Shown here piece after piece: positions 59,444-64,000 of a DNA stretch of 64,000 bases (its first letter is position 1; each line of letters starts with the position of its first letter). The DNA is from Cyanobacteria bacterium P01_A01_bin.123 (lineage in GTDB: Bacteria > Cyanobacteriota > Cyanobacteriia > Phormidesmidales > Phormidesmidaceae), in assembly GCA_039815185.1 (NCBI GenBank), contig JBCBZT010000004.1:64001-128000 (forward strand). Direction: 5' to 3'. A program made the translations under genes and the position numbers. Under the pieces are notes generated by a model. The model did not search any database and had not been told where the DNA came from. It saw nothing but the letters and a program-made list of their open reading frames with translations.

Positions 59444-60889
59444 ATGGTCTGGAAATGGCTGGGGGGATTAGCGCTGCTGGGATTGCTCAGCCATGGCAGC
59501 ATTGCTCAGGCAGAAATTTGTGAGGCGGATTTAGACGCGCGGGTGGAAGCCATCCTGGCTGAAGAGCCAGCCTTACAGCGATCGCGGTTGGGCATCCGAG
59601 TAGAAACATTGGGCGATCGCAGACTGGTTTATGGTCGCGATGATCAGCACTTTTTTGTGCCTGCATCGAATATGAAGCTGTTTACCACCGCTGCTGCCCT
59701 CCAGGCGTTGGGCCCCGACTTTCGTATGCGGACTGTGGTGCAAGGAACAACCAGCGAATTTGGCCTGACCACGTTGCGAGTTGTTGGACAAGGTGACCCC
59801 AGCTTTAACGATCGGCAACTGGCTGACTTAGCTGAACAGCTCAAACGTCAGGGGATTCAGCAGGTCAGTGAATTAATTGGCGATGATACCTACTTTTCGG
59901 GTTCGGCGGTCAATCAAAACTGGGAATGGGAAGACGTGCAGGCGGGCTACGGGGCTCCGGTCAACAGCCTGATTTTGAATCGCAATGAAATCGGCATGAC
60001 CTTCTATCCCCAAGCGGCAGGACAACCCGTAAGGCTGGAATGGGATGATCCGGCGATCGCGGGGGATTGGCAAGTCGTCAATAATTCCACTACCCTGGCG
60101 TCGGGCGAACCGGGGTATGTCTATGTGGGCCGTGATTTGAGCCGACCCATTCTCTATGTACGGGGTAGTTTGGTCGCGGGTGGCAGCAGCGATACGGCGG
60201 CGATCGCGATTCCGGATCCGGCCAATTACTTTTTGCAGCGCTTTCAACTTGAATTGGCAGAAGTAGGCATTAGCGTCAATCGCACCAGTGTCAGTCCTCA
60301 ACCCAACGTGTCACCTTTACCCGAACTGGCCGCTGTTGACTCACCAGCACTCGCCCAACTGATGGAGGCCATCAACCGCGACAGCGAAAATATCTACGCT
60401 GAAGCTGTGTTGAAAACGCTGGGTGTCCACCAGGCTCAAACCCGACCTAGGGAAGCCAGTCAATCGGGAACTGCGGCAGTAAAGCGTATCCTCCAAGACA
60501 TGGGGGTAGATCCGGAAAGCTACGTACAAGTAGATGGTTCAGGGCTGTCGCGCCACAATTTGGCCACACCCACTGCGCTAGTTTCAGTGCTACAAGCGAT
60601 GGATCAAACGCCAAACGCGGCTGTCTATCGCAATTCTCTTTCCCAAGCTGGGATTAACGGCACGCTGCGCAATAGCTTTCGTAACAGCGCGATCGTAGAA
60701 CAGCTCTGGGGCAAAAGCGGCTGGCTCAGCCGCAATGCGGCCCTATCAGGCTACGTCAACCCGCCTAACTATCCGCCTTTAGTTTTTAGCATCTTGCTCA
60801 ACAATGCCGATACCCGCAGCTCAGTCATCGGTCGGGCCATGGATGATGTGGTGCTTCTGCTAGCCGATTTACATGTTTGTGGAGACTAA
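59444..60889 (+). CDS. dacB: D-Ala-D-Ala carboxypeptidase/endopeptidase (PBP4)
   Basis: PASNMK (SxxK), GDPSF, SEN (SxN), DGSGLSR and KSG, with a signal peptide. ATG 59444 follows GAGGAG. Confidence 0.93.
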   Translation: MVWKWLGGLALLGLLSHGSIAQAEICEADLDARVEAILAEEPALQRSRLGIRVETLGDRRLVYGRDDQHFFVPASNMKLFTTAAALQALGPDFRMRTVVQGTTSEFGLTTLRVVGQGDPSFNDRQLADLAEQLKRQGIQQVSELIGDDTYFSGSAVNQNWEWEDVQAGYGAPVNSLILNRNEIGMTFYPQAAGQPVRLEWDDPAIAGDWQVVNNSTTLASGEPGYVYVGRDLSRPILYVRGSLVAGGSSDTAAIAIPDPANYFLQRFQLELAEVGISVNRTSVSPQPNVSPLPELAAVDSPALAQLMEAINRDSENIYAEAVLKTLGVHQAQTRPREASQSGTAAVKRILQDMGVDPESYVQVDGSGLSRHNLATPTALVSVLQAMDQTPNAAVYRNSLSQAGINGTLRNSFRNSAIVEQLWGKSGWLSRNAALSGYVNPPNYPPLVFSILLNNADTRSSVIGRAMDDVVLLLADLHVCGD

Positions 60890-60919
60890 TACATCCCCCA
60901 TTGTGCGGCTATTCGGGTG

Positions 60920-61918
60920 CTAGAGCATGTCGGGAAAAACCTCTGGTGAGAACATCCGCCAGAGCGCATTGTGATACGGTTCGTAGTACTTTGAATCTTC
61001 TGAGTTGGCGTAGGTTTCAAACTCTTTAGCCATGAGATTAATCATCTGTCGCACCAACTCCCAACCCACTTGAAGCGTCGGATAAAGCATGACGCATAAG
61101 GGAAATAGCTCTTGGGTAATCGGTGAAATATTTTTCTCCAGCACACAGGTCCACAAGTAGACTTGGAACATTTCGACATCTCGAAGGCTAGAAATACGAA
61201 CGGTTTTGCTATCCAACCGACCAGTGTGGCAATGATAGTTGGTGTAAAGTCGGTTCACTCTATCGACAATGTTACGGGCGATTGTCGTGCTATGGGGTAA
61301 GAAACGCTGGACAACCCTTAACCGAGGACTGCCGTAGGCGTAATTGGCTGCTGCCTCATAGGCACGATGTAAGGGCATGTACAGATGATCATCAACGACC
61401 TTGAAATAATCCGTTAATGCGTCTTGCTCGGTACTGGGCGCCTTGGAGAGCATGATTTGCCCGCAATAGTGGAACTGCATGCTCACAAATCCAATGGTTT
61501 TCGGATCGACCGACGTGTAGCGCTTGCGGGCCTGACCAATATCAGCGGAAATCATCACCGAAAGGCGCTGAGGAGGAACGTTTTGGGCATAGGCCGTCAA
61601 CGCCTTCTCGTAGATTTCGTGAACGTCTTTAGCAACTGCCCAAGGATCAATTAGGGAAGGATCAATCTGATGCCGCTGGACTTCGTAAGATAGCAGGGAT
61701 TCTGTTTGGGTCCAGGCTTGAGCACTGGCAGATCTGAGGTCTGAGAGTAACCGAGATGACAGCTCAGAACGGGGTTGATTTGCTTCGGAGTTGCTGAGTA
61801 ACTCGTCTTGCTTCTTAAGACTGGCAACGTATTTTTGAGCCCATAACTCTGAGAGATGGGCTGGATCGTTTTTTTGTAAATCCCCTGTGAGCTGAACTGC
61901 ATTACTGTTATTCATCAC
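60920..61918 (-). CDS. conserved hypothetical protein with a phycobiliprotein/globin-like C-terminal half
   Basis: Long clean ORF. SSLRDVEMFQVY...YPTLQV aligns without gaps to the recalled allophycocyanin beta pattern. Confidence 0.7.
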   Translation of the reverse strand: MMNNSNAVQLTGDLQKNDPAHLSELWAQKYVASLKKQDELLSNSEANQPRSELSSRLLSDLRSASAQAWTQTESLLSYEVQRHQIDPSLIDPWAVAKDVHEIYEKALTAYAQNVPPQRLSVMISADIGQARKRYTSVDPKTIGFVSMQFHYCGQIMLSKAPSTEQDALTDYFKVVDDHLYMPLHRAYEAAANYAYGSPRLRVVQRFLPHSTTIARNIVDRVNRLYTNYHCHTGRLDSKTVRISSLRDVEMFQVYLWTCVLEKNISPITQELFPLCVMLYPTLQVGWELVRQMINLMAKEFETYANSEDSKYYEPYHNALWRMFSPEVFPDML

Positions 61919-62139
61919 AACATCCCTGAAAAGTTTGTGAAAACAAACAACGCCTGATATGAGCGCTATCTGAAATTAGTATTCTTATCCTTCCCACCTT
62001 ATCTTAATAAACCGTAATCCAAATACAGTGGTTTTTCGGAAACGTCAGTGAAATTACAGGTAGGGTTTTTCCGTATACGGCGTGCAATCACACTGACCTT
62101 ATGGCTCGGTTTAAGCTGGACGTGATGCAAATGAACGAC

Positions 62140-63279
62140 TTATGGGGTTGCTGTCTGTCGCTGCTTCAACACTTCAATGATGTCTCCGTTGGCCTTGGGA
62201 AAGGGAAACTGGTCAATTTCATCCAGCGTTACCCAGCGGATTTCGTCGCACTCGATGGGTTGGGGGTCGCCGCTAATGTGCTGGCACAGGTGGACGTTGA
62301 GGGTGACTTTGAAGTGGGTATAGGCATGGTTGACCACGATTAGGCGATCGCCCACGGCAATCTCAATCCCCAATTCTTCTTTAATTTCTCGCTGAATGCA
62401 GGCTTCGATCGTTTCGCCCGGTTCTACCTTGCCCCCCGGAAATTCCCACAGGCCACCGAGTAAACCTTCTTGACGGCGGCGATCGATCAAAATTTGGCCG
62501 TCTTGGCCCTGAATCACGGCAACGCCAATTATTTTGTGGGGCAGTGGCCCTCGACTTTCAGACATGGGAAGTTCCGATTGCAAATTTTGAGCGTGGGCTT
62601 GGCAGTGGGGCCGCCACGGGCAGCGATCGCAGGCGGGATTTCGTCGAGTGCATACCGTTGCCCCTAAATCCATCAGCGCTTGGTTGAAGTCCCGAGCCTG
62701 TTTGGGATCTATCAGTTGTTCTGATAAAGCCCAAAGCTCAGGCAATGTCCGACTAGGGGGCTTAGGCAGGGCTGCCAGACGCGACAATACCCGCTTTACA
62801 TTACCATCCAAGATGGGCAACGGTTGGTTAAATGCAGCACTGAGAATGCCGCCAGCGGTGGTGCGGCCAATGCCGGGGAGCGCGATCGCGGCTGCAAAAG
62901 TCTGGGGAAATTGGCCGTTATGTTCAGTCGCGATCGCTTGCGCGGCACGATGCAGGTTGCGGGCTCGGGCATAGTAGCCCAACCCTTCCCAAGCTTTGAG
63001 CACGGTCTGTTGATCGGCAGCGGCGAGCATCTCAACGGTTGGGAACGTGGCTAACCAGCGTTTGTAATAGGGGATGACCGTTTTTACCTGGGTTTGTTGC
63101 AACATGATCTCTGAGATCCAGATGGCGTAGGGATCACCACGACGCCGCCAGGGTAGATCACGTCCTACCTCGCTGTACCAAGCTAGTAGGGTTTGCCTCA
63201 AGGTTTGCACAATAAAACTCGGCAAGAGCAATACTCCAGCCGAGTCTGTGGATTTCAATTTATTCAAAGAATCACTCAC
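62140..63279 (-). CDS. mutY: A/G-specific adenine glycosylase with a C-terminal Nudix domain
   Basis: SEIMLQQTQV, GLGYYARARNL, LPGIG HhH, DGNV, the C-x6-C-x2-C-x5-C Fe-S loop and a complete Nudix box. Confidence 0.95.
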   Translation of the reverse strand: MSDSLNKLKSTDSAGVLLLPSFIVQTLRQTLLAWYSEVGRDLPWRRRGDPYAIWISEIMLQQTQVKTVIPYYKRWLATFPTVEMLAAADQQTVLKAWEGLGYYARARNLHRAAQAIATEHNGQFPQTFAAAIALPGIGRTTAGGILSAAFNQPLPILDGNVKRVLSRLAALPKPPSRTLPELWALSEQLIDPKQARDFNQALMDLGATVCTRRNPACDRCPWRPHCQAHAQNLQSELPMSESRGPLPHKIIGVAVIQGQDGQILIDRRRQEGLLGGLWEFPGGKVEPGETIEACIQREIKEELGIEIAVGDRLIVVNHAYTHFKVTLNVHLCQHISGDPQPIECDEIRWVTLDEIDQFPFPKANGDIIEVLKQRQTATP

Positions 63280-63296
63280 ACTGCGGAAAGGAAGCC

Positions 63297-63656
63297 CTAC
63301 GCATTATCCTCTTGAGCATTGTCTAATGAGAAAATGTCCGTGTCAGCCAAACTTTGCTCAAAGGTCATGCGCTGCTCTGCACTACGCAAAAAGTAGCCAC
63401 TCATCATGGCAGACGCCAGCAGCTTTCCTAAGCTCTCGCGATTAGTCGTCACCGTGACGTCGAAGTGTTGGGAGGGCAATCCACCGAGTAAGCCCACAAC
63501 ATTTTGCTCCATCATTTGCAGCACATCACGGGAGACAGGCCGAGACAAATGGGCCACGGTTTCAGGTTCCATTGATTGAACGTACTGCAGCAGTTCATTG
63601 CCTTGTCCTGCAGACGACCCAAAAAAGTCTGGGGTTTGACCGGGTGCACTGTTCAC
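63297..63656 (-). CDS. DUF760 family protein
   Basis: NELLQYVQS..PETVAHLS...GLLGGLP..F...LLASAMMSGYFLRSAEQR. GTG 63656 is the likely start. Confidence 0.85.
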   Translation of the reverse strand: MNSAPGQTPDFFGSSAGQGNELLQYVQSMEPETVAHLSRPVSRDVLQMMEQNVVGLLGGLPSQHFDVTVTTNRESLGKLLASAMMSGYFLRSAEQRMTFEQSLADTDIFSLDNAQEDNA

Positions 63657-63895
63657 TTGGCTATACCTCGCTCGGGGAACAACAGATATGAAAGCGGTGC
63701 GGAAAAGTCTGATTAAGAAACTTTTCACGACTTGATGTTACTTTAACAACCCTAAGGGTTCCCTTGAGTGGGTAGAACCGAACTTGGTTATTGCAGGTTT
63801 ACGCATTATTGCGAGTCTGGGAAGGCGGGTATCGGGTTTGTAGGGCCAATGAGTGACTTTAATCGTTGCGCTAATCTGAATTGATCAGCTTTCCA

Positions 63896-64000
63896 TTACC
63901 AAGTGGGATCGACGTATAAATTAATGGTCATTTGCGATCGCCCCCCAGGCACCGCACTAATACAGGCGCAAATCGGGTCTTCCTCGTCGTCTACTTCGAC
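63896..64000 (-). CDS. C-terminus of a small 2Fe-2S ferredoxin-like protein (partial)
   Basis: Manual translation: VEVDDEEDPICACISAVPGGRSQMTINLYVDPTW*. Confidence 0.65.
   Translation of the reverse strand, partial: VEVDDEEDPICACISAVPGGRSQMTINLYVDPTW

Overview
Cyanobacterial chromosome segment. HIP1 octamers (GCGATCGC) occur throughout, alongside psbA, cruF/cruG, sigG and the purC-bamA-lpxC-fabZ-lpxA-lpxB cluster. Most of it is housekeeping DNA: cobI, rhlE, recJ, menF, recN, metG, ruvX, exbBD, recA, pgeF, dacB, mutY. An accessory block at about 11.9-27.5 kb holds four tandem exported PPC-TPR-CHAT (caspase-like) genes and the most striking feature, an atypical psbA (D1). This D1 keeps every Mn4CaO5, YZ, P680 and non-heme iron ligand, but its QB/herbicide-binding loop IFQYASFN is replaced by a 13-residue [13 protein letters not shown]. 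It is transcribed divergently from a TetR repressor gene across a promoter carrying three palindromic operator-like sites, which suggests a ligand-inducible D1 with a remodelled QB site (inference). Other notable signals: a 105-bp structured dispersed repeat with compensatory base changes (5 copies); a degenerate copy of the sigG region-4 coding sequence; a cryptic phycobiliprotein-like domain; a RecJ with a long C-terminal extension; and candidate RpaB, Yfr1 and LexA sites. All calls come from reading motifs by eye. Reference sequences were recalled from memory and no database search was run.
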